Below are positions 1-14,069 of a stretch of 64,000 nt of DNA, piece by piece. Both the position numbers and the translations under genes were made by a program. How positions within the stretch are numbered: position 1 is the first letter of the stretch; each line of letters starts with the position of its first letter. This DNA is from the human T2T-CHM13v2.0 reference genome, Homo sapiens: the NCBI RefSeq assembly GCF_009914755.1, contig NC_060938.1; one strand, written 5' to 3'. Under the pieces are notes generated by a model. It was not told the DNA's origin. It worked only from the letters and a program-made list of their open reading frames with translations, and searched no databases.

Positions 1-746
1 CTTTACAAACAATCAACTTCAGAAGGTTTGCCTCCACTACATGGTTTTTTTTTTTTTTTTTTCCCGAAGTTGGGACTATCTCTACTCAGAATATTGTCTT
101 ATTCTGAGTTTTGTAAGCAGCTGCAGCAGAACTTCGGAATGTCTGTCTCAACTAAATAGTTCTTATGGTTGGAAATACCTTTGTCAGGAATCCTGAAGTA
201 TATACTTCACTTAAATATTAGAGAATTGTTTGCATAAATAGACATTAGAATGCCATACTCTCCAGTTAAGTGTTCTGTTGCAATTCTGTTGTATGATGTT
301 TATAGAAAAGTGATAACTTAAAGATCATGTGGGCACAGCTCTGAAATATTTTATGTATTGCATTATGAAGCTTCCTCACATATTGAGTTCTTAATCTTTT
401 CTGATGCATTAAAGGTTTATAAAAGTGGTATTCTAAAACTGTATTGGATTTCATTAAAAAATTCTTTTTAGTAGATTTATTGATTGAGTAATACATTTGG
501 ACAGCCTCATCATAAAACCGCATTTCAAATATTTTCCAAAACAAAACAAAGGATTAACAATTCTTTGAACAGATTAAACATTGCTATTTCATATGTACAC
601 ATATATACTTATATACTTTAAAAAACATTTATATTCTAAAAGTCATCTTTACAGAACATTATCTTTCTCCATTATCCAGAAAGTATGGTGTATTTTGGCA
701 CCGCTAAATTTTAACGTTGTTCCTTATTTTGCTTCCTTTTACAAAG
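1..746 (+). other. PPM1A: 3' part of the last intron of PPM1A
   Basis: AT-rich sequence with a poly-T run at ~44-62, ending in the acceptor at 745-746. Confidence 0.85.
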
Positions 747-776
747 GACTCTACATCAACAGATGATATGTGGTAA
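747..776 (+). CDS. PPM1A: Terminal coding exon of protein phosphatase 1A (PP2C-alpha): last 9 codons DSTSTDDMW + TAA
   Basis: Polypyrimidine tract and AG acceptor (tccttattttgcttccttttacaaag, AG at 745-746), then gac tct aca tca aca gat gat atg tgg taa. This matches the recalled human PPM1A C-terminus (...NDDTDSTSTDDMW). Too short to appear in the ORF track. Confidence 0.93.
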   Translation, partial: DSTSTDDMW

Positions 777-1621
777 AACTGCTCATCTAGCCATGGAGTT
801 TACCTTCACCTCCAAAGGAGAGTACAGCTCAACTTTGTTGAAACTTTTAACATCCATCCTCAACTTTAAGGAAGGGGATATGACATGGGTGAGAATGATT
901 ACATCAGAGAACTTCAGCAGTACAACAGCTAGCCCAGAACTGATTTTTTTTTTTTTTTTTGTAAATTTGAGACTTATGTAAGCGTGATTTCAAACCATAA
1001 TTCGTGTTGTAAATCAGACTCCAGCAATTTTTGTTGTATGATTTTGTTTTTTTGTAAAGTGTAATTGTCCTTGTACAAAATGCTCATATTTAATTATGAA
1101 CTGCTTTAAATCACTATCAAAGTTACAAGAAATGTTTGGCTTATTGTGTGATGCAACAGATATATAGCCCTTTCAAGTCATGTTGTGTTTGGACTTGGGG
1201 TTGGAACAGGGAGAGCAGCAGCCATGTCAGCTACACGCTCAAATGTGCAGATGATTATGGAAAATAACCTCAAAATCTTACAAAGCTGAACATCCAAGGA
1301 GTTATTGAAAACTATCTTAAATGTTCTTGGTAGGGGAGTTGGCATTGTTGATAAAGCCAGTCCCTTCATTTAACTGTCTTTCAGGATGTTCCTTCGTTGT
1401 TTCCATGAGTATTGCAGGTAATAATACAGTGTATTCATAAGAATCTCAATCTTGGGGCTAAATGCCTTGTTTCTTTGCACCTCTTTTCAAGTCCTTACAT
1501 TTAATTACTAATTGATAAGCAGCAGCTTCCTACATATAGTAGGAAACTGCCACATTTTTGCTATCATGATTGGCTGGGCCTGCTGCTGTTCCTAGTAAGA
1601 TATTCTGAATTCCATTTTATC

Positions 1622-1627
1622 AATAAA
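1622..1627 (+). terminator. Proximal polyadenylation signal (AATAAA)
   Basis: caataaagcttg followed ~30 nt later by the GT/T-rich tgtatgtgtaattcctctttt. Confidence 0.65.
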
Positions 1628-1965
1628 GCTTGATTTAACAAACAAGAAACTTAATCATGTATGTGTAATTCCTCTTTTACCCTGGCCTTTTAAAACACTG
1701 TGCCGTTGTAATGAGACGTTTCTCATAGGGAAAGATGTTAGTCTCTTTTAATTGGACAACACTGTCACTCAAGGCATAGATGAAACTTTCCTTCCATTAG
1801 AAAGACTAAAAGATTTAATTCTTGGTTGTACCTTAATCTATTTTTTAAATAGGTTTCTTTCAGGCTGCTTATTTTTCATTAAGATGTGTATCAGCTTGGA
1901 TTTGCCTACTGTTTAATTAAAATATTTATTGTCAAAGTTTGACAATCTAACACTCTATGGTAGGG

Positions 1966-1995
1966 GTGTGTGTGTGTGTGTTTGTGAGTGTGTGT
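1966..1995. repeat. (GT)n microsatellite in the 3' UTR
   Basis: gtgtgtgtgtgtgtgtttgtgagtgtgtgt. Confidence 0.85.
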
Positions 1996-4900
1996 TTGCC
2001 TGTGATTTTTAATTGGCCCATGTCTTTAGAATCCAAGTGGTTAAGATGTATTTGTGATTTGAAATATAGCATGTTGATAATATTTAGCTGTTGGCCTTTA
2101 CAAATAACTTTCAAAGCTTAAGGAATTGTAGATATAAAAATAACCTAATTTAATTTAGGCTTAAATTCCTCTGATTAAGCATGTGAAAGTAAGTTTTAAA
2201 ATCTGTCGCATTGAAAAGATTACTGTTCCGTGCCCTTCTGTATTTTTGTCTCTTTAGGTTGAATATTGTATTTATCACCATGTAATCATTCAGTAGGCAG
2301 ATTCCCACTAGAAAACTGTTGAAATGTAAGACTAAAATACAACATTGAATACAAAATCAAAATTTTGTGTATAAAAACCAGTATAGTCCATTTTGTTATA
2401 TTTGTTTTTTCCCTAACTTGGAAATATACATATTTGTATATATAGCCTTAAAATTAATGTAAAGTTAGGGGAGTAGTGGGGAAAGTAATGTGAAATGTCT
2501 CAGATTTAAGTAGTTAAATACCAGCAAAATCTTTTCATTATCCCTCTTATTTTGTGAGGTGATTAAATGTAACTTAATTGTATTTAATTTATATCTTATT
2601 CCAGCATGAATGAGGAAAAACTGAAGTACTATTTATATTTAGAAATTCATATCAGTTGAAATTACAGAACCAATTCCATACTTACAATAAATACTTAATG
2701 TCTAAATCTGTGGTAGAGTGCGAAGTATGATAATGTTCTAAGTTATGGCTTTGCAAGCATCTAAATGTGCATTTAATGAATACCAGTGCTTCTAGTATAG
2801 ACTAATTACCAGACATACTGGTACTGAAAGCTAAATCCCTATTATAACAAACCAGTTCCTTAATATTTTAAGTAGACTGACAACTTTAGTTCCAGAAATT
2901 GCAAAACTTTGAACTGGACTGTGTAATCTTTTGAGATGCAAAACTTAAGTCACAAGTAGAGTATGTGATGGAAAGCTGTATTTCAAACCATAACAGCATA
3001 TTTAGAGCCTTTTTTTTTTGAGTCTTTAAACAAGAGAAAATTAAAATATTCCTGTCAAAATTATTAGTATTGAAATTAGGCTTGGACACGAGAGAGAACC
3101 GTATTTGAGTGATGTGAGAAGACTAAATCTTTTCCACATGAGTCAGCACTGCCATACTAATAATTTTTTTACTATAAAAATACAGGAAGGAAGTATACAT
3201 TATAACAGCAGACTGTGTGTGTTCCTGATTCCTGGAGGTAATAGTGGGGGGAAACCAACCATACTTTTTAAAGGCACTTTTGCACCTCTATTGTGCACTT
3301 CATTCTTGTACCACTTAAATTCTTCACCCCCATCCCCTTTTTTTGTGCTAATTAGCATCTCAGGGCAATGCCTCAAAAATGTTTGATGTGTTCTGTTCTT
3401 TGGAGGGAAAAAGTTCTTATGTGATGATAATATAGTACTCAAAATATACTTTTATCATTTAAATGTCTTATTTGCTGCTATGAATAGGAAATAACATTTT
3501 GTATAGCAGGCTCTGTTTTACCCTAACATTAAAAAATTTCACTGATCTTTCTTTCATTAACAGGGTAGAATCTCCTAATTTCCACTTTCTTGGGAATATA
3601 CTTTTATAGACAATAGAAGCAGTTCTCAATATTAGCATATACTTTAAAAAATCAAAGTGATAACTTAATTCAGCTTTGGAAGTATCTCAAACATATTTTT
3701 ACTTTATAGTGCATTAACTTGCTTCTAGAGTACTTAATGCAACTGCTCTAGCCACTTAATTTTTTATACTAATCTCAACATTAAGAAATTTGGATTAAGT
3801 AATAAATTAGTTATGTAATTCAAGTAATCTGAATTACAGCAGTACTTTTAGTGATCATTCATAGGACTATATATTAACCCAGCTAATAACTCAGTTTTTT
3901 TACAAAATGTTTCGAGTATTATTGGTAAAACACTGTTCTAGGCTAAGCACATTGGGACTGTAAAGAAATGAGTAGATCCTTGGCTTCAAGTTTACATCTG
4001 GACAATTTATAATCTAGTGTATGTTAGTATTATAACTGGATCACTCATCAAAAAATATATATATATATCTATTGCCCACCTGCTATCTACCAGGTACTTA
4101 GCTGATCAAGGCAGGCCCCTGCCCTAAAGACCTTGTTTATACTTCCTTTACTCACCTGAAAACTGTTCTCCAGTTTATTTTCTTCTCTCTAAAGTTAAAG
4201 AGTAATTCAGAAGAAAATTTTGCTTAGCATAAGAATAAAATTGGACTGAAGAGGCTTAAGCCCATTCAGTATCCTTGATTGCATTTATCCAACGGCCTTT
4301 ATTCTTCCTGCTGACAGCAGTAACTCAGAGGAATAGGTAGTAGATTTCTGAAAATTATCCAGCCATGGAAATGTAGGTGGGGTTTGAGTTTAAGGCATTT
4401 AAAAATGTAAATATCTCTAGCTAAATTTATCTTAAGTAGAACTCTGTGTTTTTGTAACACACTGCCAGTGTTAATATCAAATTTTAGCCAAATTATTACT
4501 ATGTGTTTTAATATTTTAAAATAATTTCACTGCCCATCTTTACTGGACAAACTCATTTGGAGTTCAACTTGTGATTTCTGAAAGAACTGATGAAATTGGG
4601 TACTGCTTTTTTTCTCCATTTTTCGTTTTGTTTTAATTTTGAATTTCATGGTATATACTTTTAGTTCAAACTCAGCTGTTTGTACAGTATTGTATTAGGA
4701 TTTGGTATTAGAAAAGATGTGTAAATATCTTAGTATATAATTGTTTCTCATTTGAGGTTTTTCTTCTAAGGGACCTTAAAGAGTTTTATATACTTTTGCT
4801 CACAGAAACTGCTGGTGAGATTACCATTTTTTGAGTATCTAGTCTTCTAGTTTTTCTTTTAGGCATTAGGAAGCCTTCTTTAGAGTTCAAAATTTTAGAA

Positions 4901-6051
4901 GCCTAATTTGCTCTTACTTCCTTCAATTATGTGCCATGTGTTTTGGTTTGTATATGTTTTAAATTGTATATTTCCTTGGAATATGCTTGAAATATTTAAG
5001 AATACATTTTCAAAATGTATAATACTGTATTGTTTTGTTGATCAGAATAATAAGTCTCAGTTAAATGTTTGTTATTACTGATAGTCAAAATGCTCAATAG
5101 AAATGATGAGAGGCATTGGTTCCAATTCATTGTCAAATGAACGTTTTCTAATTTTGTTCACAGATTCTTTCCCTTTCGATTGTTCTGTATGTTAAGATAG
5201 TGGCTTCTGCTCTCACTGTTTTCCTATTTATATTACTAGCAGGTAGGAGTGCTAATTAGAAAAACTTAGATGGTATTGAAATTACAGTTGACAACTTATA
5301 TTTTTATGAGATGGAGAAAAAAGATTAAGTTGATATAACAACAAAGTGGACTTTTTTTCTTCCTTATCCTGCACGAAATATTGCCCTTGTTTCCTCTACT
5401 TTCCTCTTGGTGTTTTCTCTTTTTTTCAAACAGAAACAGGCCAATTCCATTTTCTTGAGCAAGAAAGCTTAGTGTGTTACTTCATCAAGGCCAGCTAATA
5501 CTGTGTTAAACCGGGCTGAAAATGAGAAAACTTGGGAGATGGAGGAATGGGGAAATGGCAGTGGGATAGGTAGGGAAGGATTACTCTTAATTGTTTTAAA
5601 AGCCATAGGAAAGTCTTCCTTGTACGTGGCTGTAAATTTATAAGAACTATTGTGTCACATAAACCAACAAGAATGAACCTTTGCTGCTTCAGATAATTTG
5701 ATTTTTCCAGCAAGGAAATTAATAAGTTACTGATTCTTCAGCATAGAAACAACTGAGAAGAATTAATGCAATGTTTCTTCACTAGAAAACCCAACCCTTC
5801 ATTTCTTTTCATTGCTCCAAAACCCAGTTTTCAACTAATGGTTTTCTCATTAAACTAAATGTTTAGAAAAGTTGTTTAGAGTTTTTCTTTTTCTTTTACA
5901 TAGTCCTCCTGATCCAGTATAAGACTATTTAGTAACGTGCATTTGTATGGTACTATCTAAAGTAAGTTAGATTGATGTAAGAGATCGGGTAGCTGCGGAA
6001 CAAAATTAGTTATATCCTAATTAGGTACAGTGAATGACACAAAATCATTTT

Positions 6052-6203
6052 AGCAATGCTTCTTAACCTTTTGGGGTCACAGGCGTTTTGAGACTGATGA
6101 ATCCTAGGGACTTATTTACCCAGGAAAATGCGTATATAACATACATATCTCCCTAAAGTTTACAATATTGTAGTGGTTCATGGGCCCCCTGGTTAAGAGC
6201 CCA
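6052..6203. mobile_element. Old hAT-Charlie-family MER DNA transposon remnant within the 3' UTR
   Basis: Termini ttcttaacct... and ...ggttaagagc resemble inverted repeats; interior tttggggtcacag...ttgagactgatgaa...ccaggaaaatgc is typical of this class. Subfamily not determined. Confidence 0.55.
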
Positions 6204-7360
6204 TTCTAAAGTACAATAGGGCATCATCCCTTTTCCTGCAAAGCCCAAAAGTATATTTCTAGGGCATGAAAATAACTTGAGTCTATTTTAAGGAATTGTT
6301 TCACTCTAGAGGTAGATAGGGGACCTGGCTAGAATCTGACATTAAAATATACTTTTTAAAAAATATTATATTTGGGGTGGGGAAAGTGATTAAAAGGTGA
6401 AAAAAAAACATAGTATTCAGAAGTTTTGGAGGTTAATGTCTTTCTCTAAGATTTGCCACTTTAGAAATTCAACAGAAAAGAGGTAAAACAGAAATGGAAT
6501 GTATCTGGAACATTTTTGGCCTCCATAGTGCAGATATACTATATTAACAAGTAATACATTTATTTACCTGTCAGATCTCCAGGTTTTAAGATTTTGAGCT
6601 TTCTAGTATTAGGATTCATTAAATGTTCAATTCATTTCATATTCTAAGGAATTAGGTTATTTACTTACTAATTCAGGATGTTAAAATAACATCCAAGTCG
6701 GACAACCACCACCAATGCACACAGTTAATGAGATTTCTAAAATATAATAAGTACAATGTAACAAACGTATAGAATTTTGCATTTGTTGCCAAAATTAGAT
6801 GTTTAATGACAGCTTATTTAATTCCCATTTGTGGGACTTCTGGAACATAGAAACCATTATCTTACCTGGTTATCCCTTGACTAAATAGCATATCTGCAGG
6901 AAAATATCTTGTTTGTAGTGATATGCCCCAATAGTGATTGATTTCACTCTTGAAATGAGTTATATCACTTAATTTGTATAAATGTTATGAGTGGAGAGAC
7001 ATGTACATGTTAAAAGCATGTTGCATTATATATTCATTTTTTAAACTCTATAAATGTTAAGAATAATATAATTGCAGAAATATTTTTCTTAAATACAATG
7101 TGTAACAAAATTCTCCGTAGCAACTCACCCACTTTGCAGTTTATGTGATCCACACTTTTAAAGAAATTCCATAAATGTATATTTTGTATTATGTATTATT
7201 TCCTGGTCCAAAGAAAATATGTGAATTCAGTTCTAACTTTAAGAATGTACTGTTTGTTTTCAAGTTCATTGAAAAATTGCATTCAGCCTGCGAATGGTTG
7301 CAGATTGTATGTTAGATGAAAAGTAGAAATAATTTCTAGTTTGGAAAACTGGTGCCACTA

Positions 7361-7366
7361 AATAAA
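7361..7366 (+). terminator. Distal polyadenylation signal (AATAAA)
   Basis: aataaacaggcaattacata followed directly by atgtgtgtgtatttatgattgttt (GU-rich DSE); several upstream TGTA elements. Confidence 0.8.
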
Positions 7367-10300
7367 CAGGCAATTACATAATGTGTGTGTATTTATGATT
7401 GTTTAATATTGCAAGCAGCATTTTTATTCCAAGAAACGTGGAGAATTTGAAATTAGCTGTTGGAAGACCTTAAAAGAATTGTTTTTTTCAGCTGAGAAAT
7501 AAATCTGATAGGATTTGAACTAGATTTGTTCCTTCCTAATTTTAGGAAGTTTACTGAAAGCCAAGAAGTTTGAGTTGATGGTTATTGTCATGAAACATTC
7601 CAGAAATAAAGAAGCCAGAGTAGTTTCTCTTTGGTAAGAACATTCCCATTTGTCTGTCTTCTAGTAGATGATTACTCCCTTGAAGAGTTGAAATTGGGAA
7701 TTGGGAGTGGTCTGGGAAAGGACTTCCTCACCTGGTATCTGTGGTATAGTGCCTGCTTCAAAATGGCACTTAAATGTGTGTGTTTCTAGGATGCAGAAAG
7801 GAGGTGTTTATTTCCTCTGCCAATTCTGATCATTGGCTATATTATATCCTGTGTTCATTCATGTCTGAAAGTGACTTAAACAGGTTTAATTGATTCTAGT
7901 CATGGCTTCCATAATTAGAGAATTTTTAGAGTTGAACTGTTAATAAAAGTGAAATTCTGTGAGCCGCAAGAGCTCATTTTGTTTATTGTAAAATGTGTAA
8001 TAAAACAGTAATGAAGCTTCATAACCAAAGGTAAAATATCTTAGAACTGAGTAAGGTAAAGTAAGGCAAATAAGGTTTTATTTTATTTATATGTAAGTGG
8101 AACCTCTTCACTCATCAAATTGTATCATGCAGTTTTGTTCATGGGTTTTTTTGGGTTTGGGTTCCCCCTCCACCCCGCTTTGGAGCTTTTCTTTTGAATG
8201 TTGAAGCTACTTTAAGTTGTTTTATTTCTTTTTTCTTAATTTATTACTGAGAAACTTACATTGGAGTGCCCTTCTCTTTTTCCTTTTTTATCAATTAATA
8301 GTTCAAATTAAATTTCCCATCACTTAATAGCTCAGATTAAACTTCTCATCAAGTCAAATTTTATTCTAGTTGAAAAGTGCTATATTTTTTGATAAATTAC
8401 CCTGGGAAATTGGTTTGCATGCCCTCTATAGAACTTTGCTTACTTGCCACAAAACCAACAACTTACCAGATGTTGGTAAAAGATTTTGCTCTGATGGCTG
8501 CCTGTTGTTTACATGAGCATTATATGTATTTCTTCTGATATGCTATCTAAGGTGATTCAGAGTGCCTAAATAGTGAATTAGCTAAACATTCAACATGTTT
8601 CTGTGATAGTTTAGATACAGGCTTGTGTCTTCCAGACCAAAGCACTTCTCTATAGCTGTACAAAAGTTTTTCTGGAAATCAATTTGAACTAGCAAAATTT
8701 ACAATATTTAGATTTTTGATCTACAAAAATGGCAGTTTTATCTAGCTTAATTTGTTTCTGAAATTAGTTGTTATTCTTGAATGATCAGATTGCAAGTCAG
8801 TATTTGGTATTTCTCTCATTATTTATATTTTAAGTCTTTTAAGAACTGGATGAGAGGTTTAAAGAAAAGCTATACATATTTGGACAAATTTCCAAATGTG
8901 AGGCTGGATAATATACAAATGTATACAGATGCTCTAGCATTAGGTCAACATCAGTATGAGAAATGTTATTCCAGCAGTGACTGGGAAAGGAAAGGATGCC
9001 GAATTTAAGTGTTCAGGGAGGAATATAATAGAGACTAAAGATGGGGGAAATGATTTTAAGGATTTATTTTGAATTACATAATTGAGGTGAGTAGAGAGCT
9101 CCTTTCTAATATTTTATTGGGATGTTGACGTGGATCCAATTTAGTCTGTGACTTAGAGACATCAGTGAGTAATTCTCTGAAAACAATTGTTCTTTAAAGT
9201 GCAGTCTTTGTTAAAGGTGGCTGAGGGCTCTAACTTTGTTCTAGGTGTCAACTCAAACTCTGACTTAGGCTACGGCCATGCTGCACCTTTTCTAAATATA
9301 TTTTTTGTATTTTATTTTACTATTTGTGTCTGCCTTGGTAACAGCTAAAAATTACCTAGTATTTTAAAGGCAAAGCATTTGCTAGAAGAGTGTAACTGTT
9401 CTGGGTCAACGGGATTAGATGTGTACCTTACATTAGCATACTGAAACCATTCAGGGATTGTTCTTCTAATTCTCAGTGTGACAGTCTTGAATGTATATTT
9501 GATTCTATTAATATTTAATGAAAATATTTTTGTGAAGAGCCACTGTATATCATAAGAGCAGAGCTATTCTCAATTATTTTAGCCATTGAACTTTTAACTG
9601 CTTACTAACAATGCTGAAAGGGTTTTTTTTAACTTAAAGTTTCCAGAACAGTCCTAACAAAAAAATTTTCTAGTGATTGGATACAGTGGAGGCATATAAG
9701 TGACTTTTTAAACTTATTAGGCATAGCAAATAAGTCTTTATGTACTTGGTATAAATTTGACTTTTATAACTGTTCACCTTTCCTGATGTATTTTAACAGA
9801 CATATCCTGTTGCAATGATCCTTAATAAAATGAAAGAGATCTTAGCATTTGGTAAGACCAATGAAACTGCTTTTGTGCCCAGATCACAGAAAAGAAGCTC
9901 CCTGGGTATCCTTCCTTAGAATTTACTTTTATGTCTGAAATCAGGATGCTTCCTTTTTTTTGTTGTCTTCTTTGTTTTTGTTTTAAATGTGTAGGTCCCC
10001 AGACCACATTCTGTTTTAGGGCTTCTGTAAATACTCTTAGGAAAGTAAGTCATGAAATTCTGCCTCCTCGAATTTCATAAAGGATTTGTTTGCCATGTGC
10101 TCTGTCCTGATTTTTGCAACATATCAAATAAGCCAGACTGTTGAATGACAATCTGGTTTTAAGTGTATTACATACGCATGTATAAATATCCTTGTTCGGG
10201 GTCAACTCTACAGTGACTGTCAGTAGTGTTATTGGTTCAACTTGACCTTCAGAGGTTTCCCTGCTTCACGACCAAATGGATTTGGCATCTGACAGGACCG

Positions 10301-11002
10301 CAGTGTCAGTAAAAGCTTCATCCCAAGAGGAGCAGGGTTCCAAGAAGGAAACTTCCTGGAGGGCAAATCTCCATAATTTGAGATAAGGAAGAATACAGTA
10401 GCAATTTTTGAAGATCATGTGGTCAGTTCTCTGAATCTCTTGGAACTATCTTTGATATTTTAGTTTCTTGGACTGAATGTCACTTTTGTTCAAAAATCCT
10501 TTGGGTATAAAAATTTGGATATGTGAAAATGTACTTTTTAATCTTAGAATGTGATTTTCTTGGACTTAAAGTCATTTAATGAAGTTGGCATTTTTCTGTT
10601 TGGCAAGGGAGGAAGAGGAAAAGGGAAGGTGGAAGAGGGGAAGAAAAGGAGATAAATACTAAGGGCAAGAAAGGAGGGTTGTTTAAAGTGAAAAACAAGG
10701 TGTGTTTTTTAAAAGGAAAATCATATTTTTATGAAATTAGGCACCTTATAAATCATCCTTATGTTTTATAGCAGTCTCTAATGCATTACTGGTTGGAAAA
10801 TTAGTCATGTCTCTTCCCCACCCCCCATCCCCCCATTATGTTTTTAACTCTCCCTTCCAGAGGGGTGAGTTAGGGGGAGGAGGGAATAATGCAGCTTTGA
10901 TTGTCACCTGTCATAGGTTTGATTAGGAAAGCGATTAAAACGAGGTTTAAAATAAAGGATTGCAGATTTCCCTTCTGTTATCAGTTCCCTGGCTTCTCTG
11001 AA

Positions 11003-11060
11003 GCAGTGGTTTTCAACCTGCCAGCAAGGTAGAGTGACCTGGGAAGCTTTAAAAATCCTT
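11003..11060. mobile_element. MER5-like fragment
   Basis: cagtggttttcaacct...agagtgacctgggaagctttaaaaat. Confidence 0.5.
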
Positions 11061-11139
11061 TAGCAGTGAAGGTTAAGTTGGAAGGTTCAACTGAAAGTTA
11101 CCCCTCCCCTCATCCTCAGTGAATCCCTGCATCCTCCCT

Positions 11140-11380
11140 GTCCCTGCTCAGATCATTGTCATTCCTCTCTTCAAATCCCTGCCACTCAGAGAAAGCCAGT
11201 GTCCTTATAGTGGCCTGCAAAGCCCCGTATCTTATGTGGTCCTTGTGACCTCTTGAACTCACCTTCTTCAGTCTGCTTTAGATGTTCTGGTCTTATAGCT
11301 GACCTCAGAACATGCCTGTCCCACTCAAGCCCTAGGGTCTTACAGGCACTTGCTCTAGCTGTTCCCCCTACCTGAATTAT
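11140..11380 (+). mobile_element. L2 LINE fragment
   Basis: cagatcattgtcattcctctcttcaaatccct...ccttatagtggcctgcaaagccc...gctgttccccctacctgaat resembles the L2 3' region. Confidence 0.65.
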
Positions 11381-13303
11381 TTCACTGGCCAAAGCAAGTC
11401 ACATTGCCAGTTCAGGAGGGCCTGAAAGAACAAATCAGAATATTTGTGAACAAGCCTAGTCTCTACTGTGGTGTCTAATGTGTATTTGATGACTGAAGAA
11501 GATTGTGCATCTGTGTGCATCTGTAGAAGATGAGATAGGCATTCTGTTTTTGCCAGGAGACATAGTCTTATTTGAACTGGACTATTTGAGATAAGTGCTG
11601 GTGGTAGAGAGGCTGGGACCACATGAAATGGTCTCATTATAAATACTGATAATTAGGAGGAGGTCCATGTTCCTGCATTTGTGGGGGAGTGGGAACACCC
11701 AGCTTTGAAGGTAAGGTTAAATTTGCATATGCAGAGCTAAGTACAAAGAGTTTTCCAGCAGAGGAAACAGGTGTGCATTACGTAGAGAAGGCAGCAGAGG
11801 CCAGTGATGATAGTGTTCTTGCCAGGAACTTTCTGCACTCAGGTTCCCTAAGGGGGTCAAGAGAGAAGTTTAGATAAAGTACGTCCCTAAGAAAAAGCCT
11901 GCTTTTTATCTCCTTTGCTTTTTTGAAAAGAGCTGTCACTGTTTGTAGGCATCCCAGTTATGAATAGATGCTGCTTATCTCAAATCAGCTTTACTCTCCA
12001 GTGGCATTTTAATAATACATGGAAAAGTTGTTCTCTAACCCAGTACAGTGATGCCCCAAACCTAGCAGCCTTTAAATGATTTTGGCTGATTGTCCAGTCA
12101 GGAAGATTCACCTGAGTGGAGTGTTCTGGGCTGCAGAGAGACTTGGCAGTGGTTCTGACGGACCTGTGAGTCCACAATAGGAAACGGTCTTCATGACCAT
12201 AGCTAAGTACCATGTAGCTGGCCTGGCTAGCATCTGGCCAGCACGTGCCAGGAGAAGTGGTCTAATTTTAACTGCACTTTGAGAGCGTGCGTGGGGGCAG
12301 AGAGACTGGGGCCACATAAGGCTGTTTGAGGCTTCCCGTTTGCTTTTGCTTCAGTGCTGCTGTTGGACGCTACCATCATCCTCTCATCCTCCAATCAAAG
12401 CAAAATAACATTAATGTTCAGAAGGTGGAATTAGAGCAAAAACCATTCAGGAACTTGGTAGTTTGTCATATTCCACATTTTTCAAGTTTTTCACAATGGA
12501 CAAACATACATTTTATAATTTTTAAAACATTATAAAGCAATGCCTCCAATTTATCAGTAATTTATTTCTGACGAAACTATTGTAAGATGTTTATGTGCCT
12601 ATTTTTGAGCCACTTCTGAAGCTATTACACAAAGTCCATTCATTCAGAATACGGTAATTTGGACAAAAACATTGCCAAACCCTTAGTTTTATCAGAAAGC
12701 TTCCCTCCACCCCATGTGCTCTCCTTCCTTCCATTCTAAAACAGTAACCTACACCAGTTGTGGCTAGGACGTGAGGTAAAACAGTGATGTCTTCTTGGTG
12801 ACTGTAAGTCTGGAGTAGAAATTCTCTGAATATAAGTGGTAAGCACCAAAAACCAAACCCATCCCAGCGGGCTCTGTTCCCTACTAGATACTTTGTCTTG
12901 CTACCGCTGCAGCTCCGACCCAAAGCTGCTGGGGAGAATTATTAACCAATCTTAAATAAACCCCTGCTGTCACTAACCCTGAAGCTGCTCCTGTCAAGGC
13001 CTCGTTGCCACCCACACCTGCAGTTCGGAGTTTCTGCCTTTAGACTTGGCAGGCAGTTCAACTGGGGAACTTGGCTGTATCTACTGCATTCTGCTGTGCA
13101 TCAGCCGAGGCACAAGCCGTGGGTTCATCTCTAGGTAATGACTCCTTATCTCTGAAGTGCTTCTGGTACTGCCACAGTAGACTGGATTTTATGTTTGCCA
13201 CAGAGCCTATATTTTAAGTTTGACTACCTTAAACCTCCAAATTTGGTGACAGTATTTCCAGTCATTTTCTTGTGATACATGGGAAAGACAAAATCAGTAA
13301 GTG

Positions 13304-13595
13304 GGCCAAGCGCAGTGGCTCACGCCTCTAATCCCAGCACTTTGGGAGGCTGCGGCGGGCAGACGGCTTGAGCCCAGGCTTTTGAGACCAGCCTGGGAAA
13401 CATGGCGAAACTCTGTCTCTACAAAAAATGCAAAAATGAGCCAGGCTGGTGGCACACTCCTGTAGTCCCAGTTACTTGGGAAGCTGAGGTTGGTAGATTG
13501 CTTGCACCCGGAATGTTGACGCTGCAGCGAACCGTGTTCACACCACTGCACTCCAGTCTGGGTGATAAAGTGAGCCTCTGTCTCAAAATGAAAAA
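13304..13595 (+). mobile_element. AluJ (AluJb-like)
   Basis: Dimeric Alu with gcttgagcccagg and ctctacaaaaaa J-type diagnostics. Confidence 0.92.
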
Positions 13596-14069
13596 GTCAG
13601 TGATATGGATTGTTGTATAAAATGAAGATTAATTTAAATTTACTAGATTTATCTCCCACCATAATTGAAAATAACCTGTACAAAATGTATATATATATAA
13701 AAGCTGGCGGTGGGGGGGGGACCTTTTTTCCAAACTGTGATCAGCATTAGCCACCTGAATTAACTTCTCAAGGAAGATCGCACCAGCTTTATTTTTTTTT
13801 TTACATAATTTTTTATTGTGGTAAAGAATGCATAACAAAATTTACCATTTTAACCATGTTTAAATGTACAATTAAGTGCCATTCATTACATTCACAATGT
13901 GTGTAACCATCACCACTATCTATAAAGAGAGCTTTTTCATCCTAAACAGAAACTGTACCCATGAAGCAACTCCCTGTTCTCCCCTATCCTCAGAACTTGG
14001 TAACCTCTATTCTGCTTTCTGTCCCAAGGAATTTCCCTAGTCTGCATATCCCCTGCAAATGGAATAATA

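Larger units (their letters stand above)
777..7381 (+). other. PPM1A: Long 3' UTR of PPM1A (~6.6 kb)
   Basis: AU-rich, repeat-poor sequence from the stop codon to AATAAA at 7361, which is followed by a GT-rich downstream element. Confidence 0.8.

Noticed and set aside
581-981. ORFs 581-766 and 763-981 overlapping the PPM1A last exon
   Set aside because: Wrong frames or intron-spanning; the real coding segment is 747-776.
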